A stretch of DNA of 64,000 nucleotides, taken from assembly GCA_020632155.1 (NCBI GenBank), contig JACKGE010000002.1, positions 91,685-155,684 on the forward strand. The letters run 5' to 3'. This DNA comes from Candidatus Nomurabacteria bacterium. Lineage in GTDB: Bacteria > Patescibacteriota > Minisyncoccia > Phycocordibacterales > UBA918. Every line of letters begins with the position of its first letter. Positions within the stretch are counted from its first letter, which is position 1. Shown here in pieces: positions 9,528-20,111 of this stretch. Below the pieces are notes generated by a model, which saw only the letters and a program-made list of their open reading frames with translations, ran no database searches and had not been told where the DNA came from. Both the position numbers and the translations under genes were made by a program.

Positions 9528-9746
9528 TTAGGCTGAGATGGGGTTCGCGTTTGAGAGCAGCTTTATGTAACGCTTAACATATCGTTTGAATGGTCTTCGC
9601 GGCATGTTGAGACGTCGAGCTGTGGCAGAAATCGTCCTAATAAGCTGCTGCGGCGAATGCTTTTCGGAAACATGTTCATGATGTACTACCTCGTTTGCAC
9701 ATTCATAAACAGCAATCCAAAACCAGCTGGGCAAGGATGTCTTCAT
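9528..9746 (-). CDS. small hypothetical protein (72 aa)
   Basis: ORF in the 355-bp uvrC-uvrA spacer with a basic C-terminus and no recognisable motif; it may be non-coding. Confidence 0.3.
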   Translation of the reverse strand: MKTSLPSWFWIAVYECANEVVHHEHVSEKHSPQQLIRTISATARRLNMPRRPFKRYVKRYIKLLSNANPISA

Positions 9747-9825
9747 TTTTCCCCCTATCTGGGTTAAATGTTACGTTGAGTAGAACCTTCTGAACCCTTA
9801 GTATAGGGCAAAGCCCAAAATGACG

Positions 9826-12435
9826 CTACTTTCTTTTCAACATCTTTTTAAGATACTGGCCGGTAAATGACTTCTTATTTTCAGCCACATCTTCTGGAGT
9901 ACCCTTGGCAATTAGCTGACCGCCACCTTCCCCACCTTCGGGGCCGATATCCAATATATAATCAGCACACTTAATGAGGTCGAGGTTATGCTCAATGACC
10001 ATAACGGTGTTTCCACGATTAACAAGCTCCTGCAGTATTTCAATCAGTTTTTTAACATCTTCGTAATGAAGACCTATAGTAGGCTCATCAAGCAAGTAGA
10101 TGGTCTTCTGTGTATGTGGACGGTACAGCTCTGAAGCTATCTTAACCCGCTGCGCTTCACCGCCAGAGAGTGTGGTGGCGCTTTGTCCGAGCTCAAGGTA
10201 GCCAAGACCAACGTCCAGCAGTGTTTTGAGGCGTTCATAAATGGCAGGCACGTCGATAAAGAAATCCGCTGCTTCCTCAATGGTCATATGTAAGACCTCG
10301 TGAATATTCTTTTTTTGTAGGTTACCTCAAGTGTTTCTTTGGTAAAGCGTTTGCCATCACACATCACACGTAACATACACCGTGGGCAAAAAGTGCATCT
10401 CAACCGCAATGACACCGTTACCCTGACAGGCTTCGCAGCGACCTCCTTTGACATTGAAGCTAAACCTACCCGGTTTCCAACCGCGCGCTCTCGCCTCACT
10501 CGTGGCTGCAAACATATCGCGTATGTGCGTAAAGGCGCCAGTGTACGTGGCCGGATTACTACGCGGTGTACGACCAATCGGTGACTGGTCGATAAGCACC
10601 GTACGCCCTAAGTACTCACTGCCGGAGAAACTACTGCAGTTATAGGTGTGGGGCGTGCGATGCTTTTTCTCAAGGCGTGAACGTAGGTTTTTATGTAGTA
10701 TCTCGTACATAAAAGACGATTTGCCAGAGCCAGAGACACCGGTTACGCAGATCAAACGTCCAAGCGGCACATCGACGTTAAGATTTTTAATGTTAAAAGC
10801 CTTGCCGCCTTTTATCTTTATTGAGCCTTTTTCACTGCTACGGCGCTCCGGAATTTCTATACGTTTATCACCACGAAGATAATCTAGCGTTACTGATTTT
10901 GATGGGTTAGTTTTGGCAGAAAGAAGTGGTTCGAGGTCATCTGCTACCACCACTTCGCCGCCATGGACACCAGCGCCCGGGCCTATGTCAACGATATAAT
11001 CAGCAGCAAAAATAGTATCTTCATCATGCTCTACCACCAAAATAGTGTTTCCAAGATCACGTAAGTCGGTTAATGTTTTGATAAGTCGGTCGTTGTCGCG
11101 TTGATGGAGACCAATGGTAGGCTCATCAAGGACATACAGGGCACCCACTAGGCCGGAACCGAGTTGGCTAGCAAGCCTAATACGTTGCGCTTCGCCGCCG
11201 GAGAGCGTGTTGGCACGGCGGTCCAGTGTCAGGTATTCAATACCGACGTTATTCATAAATTCAAGTCGTTCAATGATCTCACGTAGCGCTGGCCATGCAA
11301 TATCCTGCTGTTTTTTACTCAGTTTTAGACTGCTGATAAAGTTTGCTGCTTCTTTGACTGTCATGGACGTAAAAGCAACAATATTTTTACCAAGGTCTTT
11401 TTTCCCGTCACCGCCGAGGTACACGCGCAAGGCCTCGGGGCGCAAACGCGCTCCCTTACAGACCGGACACTCGTCGCTTTGAAATATACCCACTACACCA
11501 AGACCGTTACATTCAGGGCAGGCACCATATGGTGAGTTAAACGAGAACAGACGCGGCTCCACTTCTGGAAATGAAGAACCGTCAACTGGACAAATAAACT
11601 TGGCTGAAAGTGTACGCTCACTGCCGTCCGGACTCTCCACTTTTACCAACCCATTAGATTCACGAAGTGCTAACTCTACCGCTTCTGAAAGGCGCTCACG
11701 TGAACCTTTTGGGTCGCTACTGAATTCACTGACGTATATTTCGTCTACAAGCACATCAATATCGTGTCGTTTTGTCTTGGTGAGAACGATCTTTTCACGC
11801 AGCTGTTTGATATTTCCATCTATTTTTACCGTTTCGTAACCTTTGTTTAGGAGGTCATACAACATCTGGTAGTACTCGCCCTTTCGCCCGACGACAAGCG
11901 GCGCAAAAATGGCTACCCGCCCTTTACTGACCTCAATACCCATGATCTGTTCTTTTTTGGCACTTTTGACCTCTTTGTTTTCTATTGACGTAAGTACAAT
12001 ACCAAGTATCTCGTCTTGTGATAGCTTTTGAATCGGTGTATCAACCTCTAAACAGTATGGTTGACCGACGCGAGCATAGAGAATACGCAGGTAGTCGTAG
12101 ATTTCTGTAATGGTGGCGACTGTTGAACGTGGGTTTCGGCTGGCAGATTTTTGGTCAATGGAGATGGCCGGAGACAGTCCACTTATCTCGTCAACATCAG
12201 GTTTTTGCATTTTATTGAGAAACTGACGTGCATACGCAGACAAAGATTCAACGTACCGACGCTGCCCTTCAGCAAAAATTGTATCGAATGCCAGCGATGA
12301 TTTACCTGAGCCAGACGGACCGGTAACAGCAATCATTTTGCCGCGCGGCATTGAAACATCAATGTTTTTGAGATTGTGCGTCCTGGCACCACGCACAATG
12401 ATTTGTTCTTCTTTTTTATCGTTATTCTTAGCCAT
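9826..12435 (-). pseudogene. uvrA: excinuclease ABC subunit A interrupted by two frameshifts
   Basis: The 692-aa N-terminal ORF (12435-10357) has the UvrA Walker A motif [14 protein letters not shown] and zinc fingers. Reading continues in a second frame as ...[17 protein letters not shown], then in a third frame (10287-9826) as [10 protein letters not shown]...[15 protein letters not shown]...DEPTIGLH (the second ABC signature). Restoring the frames requires adding 2 nt in tgtgatgtgtgatgg near 10356-10362 and one A in the A7 run at 10297-10303. Confidence 0.8.
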
Positions 12436-12505
12436 AGTATGATAAGCGCCTGCAGATGGTGCTGCAGGTAAGGCACTGCCAGTATACCAAAGAATGTCTT
12501 AACTG

Positions 12506-13858
12506 CTAGGCAGCCTCTTTTGGTAATGAGACCACCACGTGAGTGCCAACCCCTTTGATGGATTCAACTGCCAAACTTCCTCCCATTAGTTCAATGAGTT
12601 GTTTGGTGATCCACATACCAAGACCGGTGCCAGTAATTTCGTTCACACTGTCATTTTCCACTCGAAAGAACGGAGCAAAAAGCTTTTTCTGATCTTCGGC
12701 TGCAATACCCATACCGGTGTCTTTAATACGTAGTTCTACCACTTGTTGTTTTTCTTCGAGTGAAATGGTAATGCTACCCTCTTTTGTATATTTTATTGCA
12801 TTACTGATTAGGTTAGTGAGGGCTTGATGTAGTCGTTTGGCATCAACGTGCGCTGCTGGTTGTATACTTTCGTCAACATCGAGAATAACTTCAATTCCTT
12901 TCTCTGCTGCTGATGACAAAAGTTCGTCCCGAACTGCATTTAAAACGGGTGCAATATTCGTTGAAGCATTTTTTACTTTGAGCTTACCGGATTGAATACG
13001 AGCGACATCAAGCAAGTCGTTTACAATGGTGAGCAATCGTTCTGCAGAAGTGCGGATGCGTGAATTGTACTCTTTGTTTTGGCCATGCACTTGACCAGAC
13101 TCTTCTACCATACTGGCATACCCTTTGATGGCGGTAAGTGGCGCCCGCAGTTCGTGTGCAATCATGTTTGTAAAGAGGTCCTTCATCTCGTTAGCTTTTT
13201 TCGTCTCTGCGTACAGATACCGGTAATCGGTTGAACGGATCTGCCAGTACGCAATAAGGAGCATGAGTAGGTACACAAACGCCAATGAGTAATACGCATT
13301 TTGTTTTCTAGCTTTGATAACGGCGTCTAAGTTGGTCAGATCGTGTTCACTGTATATGAAATATCGTACCTGATCACTATTTGTGATCAGTTTGACTGCC
13401 AGCCAAACACGGCCACCGGAGTACTCATGTGGGTAAATGAGCGTGTTGTCCTGCACGGCGGCAAACTCTAGCATGGGGGTTATTTGTTCAATTTTTTCTG
13501 GAGTGGTTGTGCTAGAGCCAGCGATCACGATAAAGTCGCTGTCATTTGTTTGCTTTAGTATGAGGACACCGGTTAGATCGTTATTAGTTTCTACTAGTTT
13601 TTTCAGCTCAGGCTCAAGAACAGCCACATTTAGCTGGTCCGTTTGTAGCAGTAGAAGCTCTAGTGTGTCATGCAAAAACCCAACCTGTGTTCGATACAGA
13701 GTGTCTTGGTTACTTTCAGCCGCTCGCAAAAATTGTTGACCGGAATACAAAAAAACCAGTGGCACACCGACTAACAACATTAAAGCTAGTAAGATATGCG
13801 GATGAGCAGTGACATAGCGGAACCCTCGTTCTATAGCATACAGAACACTTGAGATCAT
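12506..13858 (-). CDS. sensor histidine kinase (two TM helices, HisKA + HATPase_c)
   Basis: H-box HELRAPLTAIKGYASMVEE; N, G1 and G2 boxes (NLISNAIKYT, IKDTGMGI, GTGLGM); two TM segments flank a periplasmic domain. No response regulator gene lies in the window. Confidence 0.85.
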   Translation of the reverse strand: MISSVLYAIERGFRYVTAHPHILLALMLLVGVPLVFLYSGQQFLRAAESNQDTLYRTQVGFLHDTLELLLLQTDQLNVAVLEPELKKLVETNNDLTGVLILKQTNDSDFIVIAGSSTTTPEKIEQITPMLEFAAVQDNTLIYPHEYSGGRVWLAVKLITNSDQVRYFIYSEHDLTNLDAVIKARKQNAYYSLAFVYLLMLLIAYWQIRSTDYRYLYAETKKANEMKDLFTNMIAHELRAPLTAIKGYASMVEESGQVHGQNKEYNSRIRTSAERLLTIVNDLLDVARIQSGKLKVKNASTNIAPVLNAVRDELLSSAAEKGIEVILDVDESIQPAAHVDAKRLHQALTNLISNAIKYTKEGSITISLEEKQQVVELRIKDTGMGIAAEDQKKLFAPFFRVENDSVNEITGTGLGMWITKQLIELMGGSLAVESIKGVGTHVVVSLPKEAA

Positions 13859-13863
13859 GATAC

Positions 13864-16464
13864 TTACATGGAAACGTAGCCTTCAGCTACTAAATGTTCT
13901 TGTGGGCGTTCGGTGCGCAGATGCATACCTAGAAGCAACAAAATAAGTCCGATAATGACAACAGAAAGTGAGAGTACGAACATCAAGATGCGTTCACTGA
14001 GGAGATCGTTTTCAGTCTGCTCAGTTGAGGCTGCCACAGTAGCGGCTTCAGTCACTGTACTGAAGGCCTCAGCAGTTTTAACGAATCGTAACACTTCACT
14101 CTTAGCTACTATTTTACCGGTATTATCCGTCATACCAACATAGAGTTCGTGTTCGCCATCTTCCAGTTCTTTATCAAACTGATAATTCCAAACACCATTC
14201 TCGTCGGTTCGTACCGTTACAATGACTGGTGTACTAAAAATATACAAAGTGACAAAACTGTTTGGCAATGCCGAGCCTTCCACATATAATTGCGGTTCAG
14301 TAAACGCTGGTGCAATTGTCTCTTGCTCAGCTGTATCTTCTAGACTCTCACTACGCACGGTTTCAATAGTATGTATGTGTAGTATGTCACTGCGAACCAA
14401 TCCTTTTTCCTTTGGTGATTCATACACGAGAACTGCTTCAGCGGAGCTATTTGTCGGATCATATCCAGAAACGATCTCAATACCATCAAGAACACCGTCA
14501 CTGTCCGTATCAGGTTCTAACGGGTTGGTATGATAAATAAACTGCTCATCGTAGTCGGACACTCCATCTTTGTCTGTGTCCTTCGTAACCTTATCTCCCA
14601 CTCGTTCACGTACAATGGATTCAGTACGAGCTACACGATCTTCCATATCAGCTAACTCTTCTTGCAGTTGTTCATCCAAGCCCGCTACAAAATCATCTGT
14701 ACCTGAAGTAATAATGCCAGTCAACATTCTTTGTTTTAGTTCTTGCACATTATCTTGCGCTTGCTTGATAGCTGATGGGTCACCACTGCGATACGCGACA
14801 GCCAGGCGTTCTGCGGCCTCACTTAAGTCTTGCTGGTGCTCACCTAAGATCGTCTTTGCTTGCTGAGTCAGTGCTCGCTTACCAGCCTCATTTTCACGAC
14901 TAGCAACCTCTTCTTTAATAACGCGCAGTTGTGTGGCCGTCTCGACATCTTCAATGACCTGTGCGTCGTGCTCATCCTGTATTTTAGTAGTTGGGTTTGC
15001 CACCTTTAGCTTAATGCTATTGCTAGTCACTTTATTTGAACCATATGCTGCTACTGCATATAGCTCATAGTCTCCGTTTGGCGTGTTAGTTGTATTCCAT
15101 TCGATGTGCCAATGGTCAGATGCTTCAACTGATGCTCTTCCGATAAATATCGCTCGAGTGGCGTTTTTAGGAGCAACGTAAAACTCAACTCTCTGAGGAG
15201 TATTCGACGTTTCTGCCGAAATTTGCACGGCTCCAACGACTTGTTCATTTTGAGGTTTTAAAACAACAATACTGTCTTTACTCACTGCTTCAAGTGCATC
15301 AGATTCAATATCTGTAGCTGAGGACTCTGTTGTACTGACATCATCTAAGGTGACGGTCATGTGTTCGCTTTCACGCTGTCCGTCGACCGTTTCTGCCTCA
15401 ACAAACAGTACGTACGTTCCTCGATTATTGTCTTTGTTATTCCATCGAAATGTCCAGCGTTCGTCTGAATCCTGTTTTGCTAAACCAAGACGATACAATT
15501 TTCCAGTAGCTGATTCTACGGCCTTAACCTCAACAGCAGTGGTACTTGGATCAGTAGTAATTGAAAGTGATATTCGATCATTACTATTTTGTTGAATAGT
15601 AAAGACAGGTGCTGTTGATCCTGAAGAAGTATGTGATGTGCTTGCGTGTGCAGCAGTCGGGTCACCAAAGTTTATTATTTGCTCGACATCTTCTGACTCT
15701 ACCTGTAACTCAGCATCCTCAGAGGTGTCAATAACTGAATAGACTCGTCCACTTGGATCTTGTTGCCACTCGTCGTCAAGTAACAACTTGAGGCGATATG
15801 AAGCAGGATTAGTATTGTCTGTGTGCCATATTCCGTGCCACAACGAAATACCGTTAGTATTTTTAGTTACAAAAGTTAACTCTTCATCAAGGACCACTCG
15901 ATTGCCGTTAATAGTATTAACTCCATATATACCAACTGAGTCATAGTTCCCGTTAGTTCTAAACTCAAACTCCCGGTCTCCATTATCAGTTTCGTGTTTG
16001 ACTGTGATCTCATACATTTGAACCAGGCTGTCGACGAGCCTAGTAGTATACGTAGAAGCGAGCTGACTTACTTCCGTTGGTCTGGCAACTAGGTTCACCA
16101 GATCATTTGAAACCGGCTGAACCGTAAGATACGAAAAAAAAGCGCCTATGATAACAAACGCGAGGCCAGCAACACGGGCAGTTTGAATGGCCACTTTATC
16201 GACATCAAGCGGAAACCGAAATGGTGATAAACTGATCAAGCTCAAGCGGTCCCGCAGCTTAATGGAAGTCGGAAACTTAGGTAATAGCTTACTATTATGG
16301 GTTTCAGTTGGTGCTTTTTTTCGACCTCCTGTTTTAGAGCCTTTGGAAGCAGATTTCTTGACCGGCTTTTTTTTGACTGTTTTTTTGGGTGCCTTTTTTG
16401 CTGCAACTTTTTTTGTTGCTTTTTTAGCAGCCACCTTTTTGACAGGCTTTTTGAGTGTTGGCAT
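13864..16464 (-). CDS. large bitopic membrane protein with a lysine-rich histone-H1-like N-terminal tail and thrombospondin-type-3-like Ca-binding repeats
   Basis: The N-terminus is MPTLKKPVKKVAAKKATKKVAAKKAPKKTVKKKPVKKSASK... and a TM helix follows at about residue 100. A roughly 700-aa extracytoplasmic region carries DTDKDGVSDYDE / DTDSDGVLDG motifs, with a second C-terminal TM. Its stop is 5 nt from the histidine kinase start, so the two are translationally coupled. Confidence 0.7.
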   Translation of the reverse strand: MPTLKKPVKKVAAKKATKKVAAKKAPKKTVKKKPVKKSASKGSKTGGRKKAPTETHNSKLLPKFPTSIKLRDRLSLISLSPFRFPLDVDKVAIQTARVAGLAFVIIGAFFSYLTVQPVSNDLVNLVARPTEVSQLASTYTTRLVDSLVQMYEITVKHETDNGDREFEFRTNGNYDSVGIYGVNTINGNRVVLDEELTFVTKNTNGISLWHGIWHTDNTNPASYRLKLLLDDEWQQDPSGRVYSVIDTSEDAELQVESEDVEQIINFGDPTAAHASTSHTSSGSTAPVFTIQQNSNDRISLSITTDPSTTAVEVKAVESATGKLYRLGLAKQDSDERWTFRWNNKDNNRGTYVLFVEAETVDGQRESEHMTVTLDDVSTTESSATDIESDALEAVSKDSIVVLKPQNEQVVGAVQISAETSNTPQRVEFYVAPKNATRAIFIGRASVEASDHWHIEWNTTNTPNGDYELYAVAAYGSNKVTSNSIKLKVANPTTKIQDEHDAQVIEDVETATQLRVIKEEVASRENEAGKRALTQQAKTILGEHQQDLSEAAERLAVAYRSGDPSAIKQAQDNVQELKQRMLTGIITSGTDDFVAGLDEQLQEELADMEDRVARTESIVRERVGDKVTKDTDKDGVSDYDEQFIYHTNPLEPDTDSDGVLDGIEIVSGYDPTNSSAEAVLVYESPKEKGLVRSDILHIHTIETVRSESLEDTAEQETIAPAFTEPQLYVEGSALPNSFVTLYIFSTPVIVTVRTDENGVWNYQFDKELEDGEHELYVGMTDNTGKIVAKSEVLRFVKTAEAFSTVTEAATVAASTEQTENDLLSERILMFVLSLSVVIIGLILLLLGMHLRTERPQEHLVAEGYVSM

Positions 16465-16501
16465 TTGCCCTCATTATAACGGGTACGGGTAGCAGAACTC
16501 C

Positions 16502-18541
16502 TTACTTCTGTGGATTCTTTTTCTGTAGCGACTCTTCAAGGTACCGAATTTCATCACGAATGATGGCGGCAGTTTCAAAATCAAGCCGCGCAACCGCTTC
16601 ACCCATTTGCGCCCGCTTTTCACGCAGGGTAGCTTTGGGGCGTTTTTTAAAGAGTTCCATGTCGACCTTAAGAAGTGAGTCAACAGTCTCGTCGTGTTCG
16701 CTGCGAAGTTGGTCGGCAATGGAACGGATCTCCTTCTTAATGGTTTGCGGGGTGATGTTGTGTTCTTCGTTATAGGCAAGCTGCAAGGCGCGGCGGCGTT
16801 CTGTTTCTTCTGTGGCGGCTTTGAGTGCCTTAGTAACTTCGTCGGCATATAAGACCACGCGACCATTGACATTGCGAGCTGCCCGTCCGATAGTCTGGAT
16901 AAGCGCCGTCTCACTGCGCAGAAAACCTTCTTTGTCGGCGTCGAGAATAGCCACCAGCTCTACTTCCGGTAAGTCAAGGCCTTCACGTAGTAGGTTGACA
17001 CCCACCAAACAATCAAAGTCTCCTTTGCGAAACTCAGTTAAGGTCTCAATCCGTTCAATGGTGTCTACGTCGCTGTGAATATATTTGGTTTTAATTCCCT
17101 TTTCAGTCAAAAAATCGGTTAGGTCTTCGGCCATTTTTTTGGTAAGCGTAGTCGTAAGGACGCGGGCGCCGCGCTCGATAGTTGCTACAGCGTCTGCAAT
17201 AAAGTCTTTGACCTGCCCTTCATAGGAGCCTTTCTGGGTAACGGGGCGTAGTTCTATCTGCGGATCAACCAATCCCGTTGGGCGAATGATCTGCTCGGCC
17301 ACACGGCCGTTTGGTGCTACCGACTGTTCAAACTCATACTTACCGGGGGTAGCTGACGTGTAAATACACTGTCCGACTCGCTCTGTAAACTCAGTAAATT
17401 GTAACGGCCGGTTATCGACCGCGCTTGGCAAACGAAAACCAAACTCCACCAGAGTATTTTTGCGTGAGCGATCGCCAGCATACATGGCGTTAAGCTGGGG
17501 GATGGTCACGTGTGATTCATCAATAACAGTGAGAAAGTCTGGCCGACCATCTTTAGTGTGCGGAAAGTACGACAACAGCGTATACGGCGCTTCACCCGGT
17601 TTTCGCCGGTCAAAATGACGGGAGTAATTTTCGATACCGTTACAGTAGCCAACTTCACGAATCAGCGCGAGGTCATGTTCGGTACGCCGTTTAAGTCGCT
17701 CTGCTTCAAGTAACTTCCCTTCTTTTTTAAACTGTTTTAACTGTGTTTCCAGTTCTTGTTTTATATCTTCAATAGCAACTTTTCGCTCTTCGTCCGGAGT
17801 CACAAAGTGTTTGGCGGGAAAAAGATAAAATACGTCGGGCTCAGCAATTATTTCGCGAGTGACTGCGTCTATTTTGGTGATAGCACTAACTGAATCACCC
17901 GCAAACTGCAATCGGTAGATAACGCGTTCGTTAGTGGGCATTATTTCTATCGTATTGCCAATGGCTCTGAAATGTCCTGGGGTAAGATCAGCATTGGTAC
18001 GCTCAAAATAGAGACCAACTAGGTCGCGAATAAAGCCTGCTCTGGTAGCTGTGTAGCCCTGTTCGATTTTTTTGTGTACGCGCTCGTACTCAGCCGGTGA
18101 ACCAAGGCCATAGATACATGAGACCGACGCCACAATAATAACGTCTTGTCTTGTTAAGAGTGCTTGTGTTGAAGCATGGCGCAAACGGTCGATCTCAGCG
18201 TTAATCTGCGCCTCTTTCTCTATATAGGTGTCACTGGTTGGCATGTACGCCTCCGGCTGATAGTAGTCATAGTAGGAGACAAAGTAATGGACGGCGTTAT
18301 TAGGGAAAAAGTCGCGGTACTCCTGCGCTAACTGCGCCGCTAACGTTTTGTTGTGAGCAATAACGAGGGTTGGCTTTTGTACTTCAGCTATCACATTGGC
18401 GGCCGTAAAGGTCTTTCCCGAGCCAGTCACACCCAAGAGTGTTTGGTGCTTTTCACCACCCCTAAAGCCCCCAACCAATGAAGTAATGGCTTTAGGTTGG
18501 TCACCAGCTGGTTGTTTGTCTGTAGCTAACTCAAATTTCAC
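16502..18541 (-). CDS. uvrB: excinuclease ABC subunit B
   Basis: 679 aa with GVTGSGKTFTAANVIAEVQKPTLVIAHNKTLAAQL, YFVSYYDYYQPEAY, helicase motifs, and a C-terminal UVR domain. Confidence 0.95.
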   Translation of the reverse strand: MKFELATDKQPAGDQPKAITSLVGGFRGGEKHQTLLGVTGSGKTFTAANVIAEVQKPTLVIAHNKTLAAQLAQEYRDFFPNNAVHYFVSYYDYYQPEAYMPTSDTYIEKEAQINAEIDRLRHASTQALLTRQDVIIVASVSCIYGLGSPAEYERVHKKIEQGYTATRAGFIRDLVGLYFERTNADLTPGHFRAIGNTIEIMPTNERVIYRLQFAGDSVSAITKIDAVTREIIAEPDVFYLFPAKHFVTPDEERKVAIEDIKQELETQLKQFKKEGKLLEAERLKRRTEHDLALIREVGYCNGIENYSRHFDRRKPGEAPYTLLSYFPHTKDGRPDFLTVIDESHVTIPQLNAMYAGDRSRKNTLVEFGFRLPSAVDNRPLQFTEFTERVGQCIYTSATPGKYEFEQSVAPNGRVAEQIIRPTGLVDPQIELRPVTQKGSYEGQVKDFIADAVATIERGARVLTTTLTKKMAEDLTDFLTEKGIKTKYIHSDVDTIERIETLTEFRKGDFDCLVGVNLLREGLDLPEVELVAILDADKEGFLRSETALIQTIGRAARNVNGRVVLYADEVTKALKAATEETERRRALQLAYNEEHNITPQTIKKEIRSIADQLRSEHDETVDSLLKVDMELFKKRPKATLREKRAQMGEAVARLDFETAAIIRDEIRYLEESLQKKNPQK

Positions 18542-18610
18542 TAAATGAGTATAGCAAAATAATGTTTTTCTGGTACAGTCGATATGACCTTATCTTCAAA
18601 GGAGAGTACC

Positions 18611-18823
18611 GTGGCAAAGAAAAGAGATTGCTGGGTTAATTGTGAAGTCGTTCCTTCAGTACAACAGATTCAAACAAGGTTACGCCAGTTGAGTGGGATT
18701 TCGTTCCCCAACCACGCTATCAGTCGCAAATATGACGCGATTGTCATTACCACAACGGTTGGTGGGCTCAAGAAGCAACCCTGGTGGCCTCAATTTGAGC
18801 AGTGGCTCAAAGAACAACACTAA
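18611..18823 (+). CDS. small hypothetical protein, the only plausible + strand CDS
   Basis: The ORF track gives 18584-18823. A GTG at 18611 is preceded by a strong SD (AAGGAG, 7 nt upstream). There is no motif match, and it lies in the uvrB-tgt spacer, divergent from uvrB. Confidence 0.35.
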   Translation: MAKKRDCWVNCEVVPSVQQIQTRLRQLSGISFPNHAISRKYDAIVITTTVGGLKKQPWWPQFEQWLKEQH

Positions 18824-18865
18824 AAGAATGCGGGGTGGCGCTAATCAGCGCCACCTTTATAAATA

Positions 18866-20071
18866 TCATTTAAGCAATATTTGCTCTCTTATTTTTTTAG
18901 TGAAATTGACGATGGTATAGAGGTTATGGATACTGGCAAGGTGTGCACCGAGCATCTCCTGACTACGGAACAGGTGGGCTAGATAGGCCTTGGTGTAGTT
19001 TTGACACACGTAGCAACTACACGCTTCGTCTGGTTTACCAAGGTCACGAATAAATTTTTGGTTTAAAAGATTGGTCTTTTTGATGCCTTCATTGGTATGC
19101 TCGTAGATTGTGGCATTGCGAGCAATGCGGGTTGGCGCGACGCAATCAAAAGTATCGCAGCCCATCGTTACCCCGGCAGTGATATCTTCCGGCTCACCAA
19201 TACCTAAGAGGTGCCGGGGTTTGTCTGCTGGCAGAATAGCGTTTACAACTTTAAGTGACTCACCAAGGTCTTCTTTGCTAAAACTGCCGCCGATTCCAAA
19301 CCCATCAAAATCCATCGCTGCTAGCGTCGCAGCACTTTCCTGCCGCAAGTCGAGATGCCTCCCGCCCTGCACCACGCCGTAAATACCCTGCTTTTTAAGA
19401 GCATCGTAATTTTGCTTATGAGCTAAGATAGAACGTTTGGCCCAGCGGTGGGTGCGGTCCATGGCTTCTTTTTGATACTCCCGCTCGGCGGTAGGGCTGG
19501 TACACTCATCAAACGCAATGATGATGTCCGCTCCGATGTTATGTTGGATATCAATAGAGCGCTCCGGCGTAAAACGATGCATGGAACCATCGATATGTGA
19601 CGTAAAGGTAACTCCCTCTTCATCAATGACACAGAGTTTGCCGTGCTGGGTAGCGAGTTCCCTTGAGTAGACATTGAGTCCGGCGGCCGCCTCTTTCTCT
19701 GCTCCGGCTGCGTCTTTGGCAAACTTGGTCACTCCTTTACCAAAAGCGGCACCGAGTGAAAAGACCTGAAACCCACCACTGTCGGTCATAGTGGGCATGT
19801 TCCAATTTGAGAAACTATGTAAACCACCCGCTGCTTTTACGACTTCATCTCCCGGTTGCAAAAACAAGTGGTACGTATTGGCAAGAGCCACCTCTGCCCC
19901 AACTAACTCGGTTAGATCTTCTGGTTTCAGGCTTTTGACTGTCCCTTTGGTGCCAACGGTCACAAACGCTGGTGTTTCAATATCACCATGAGGTGTATGA
20001 ATGACACCAGCCCGGGCCATAGACCCGGGCTGGTTTTTAATAACTTCAAATGTTACTGGTGTTGACGACAT
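18866..20071 (-). CDS. tgt: queuine tRNA-ribosyltransferase
   Basis: 401 aa with conserved TGT blocks (PAFVTVGTKGTVK, TDSGGFQVFSL) and a C-terminal zinc site (CSCYVCQNYTKAYLAHL). Confidence 0.9.
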   Translation of the reverse strand: MSSTPVTFEVIKNQPGSMARAGVIHTPHGDIETPAFVTVGTKGTVKSLKPEDLTELVGAEVALANTYHLFLQPGDEVVKAAGGLHSFSNWNMPTMTDSGGFQVFSLGAAFGKGVTKFAKDAAGAEKEAAAGLNVYSRELATQHGKLCVIDEEGVTFTSHIDGSMHRFTPERSIDIQHNIGADIIIAFDECTSPTAEREYQKEAMDRTHRWAKRSILAHKQNYDALKKQGIYGVVQGGRHLDLRQESAATLAAMDFDGFGIGGSFSKEDLGESLKVVNAILPADKPRHLLGIGEPEDITAGVTMGCDTFDCVAPTRIARNATIYEHTNEGIKKTNLLNQKFIRDLGKPDEACSCYVCQNYTKAYLAHLFRSQEMLGAHLASIHNLYTIVNFTKKIREQILLK

Positions 20072-20079
20072 TGTGTAGA

Positions 20080-20099
20080 TAGTACGATATATCGTACTA
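20080..20099. promoter_or_regulatory. perfect 20-bp palindrome in the 40-bp FKBP-tgt spacer
   Basis: TAGTACGATATATCGTACTA is exactly self-complementary and sits 9-28 nt upstream of the tgt start codon. It could be an operator or a 5'-UTR hairpin. Confidence 0.4.
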
Positions 20100-20111
20100 C
20101 ATTTTTGTTCA

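Noticed and set aside
10357-10359. Alternative genetic code (UGA as sense) to explain the uvrA in-frame stop.
   Set aside because: Reading UGA as Trp or Gly gives C-D-V-x-W-Q-T-L-Y, which does not match UvrA. A frame change restores CDVCDGKRF. All other genes terminate cleanly with standard stops.
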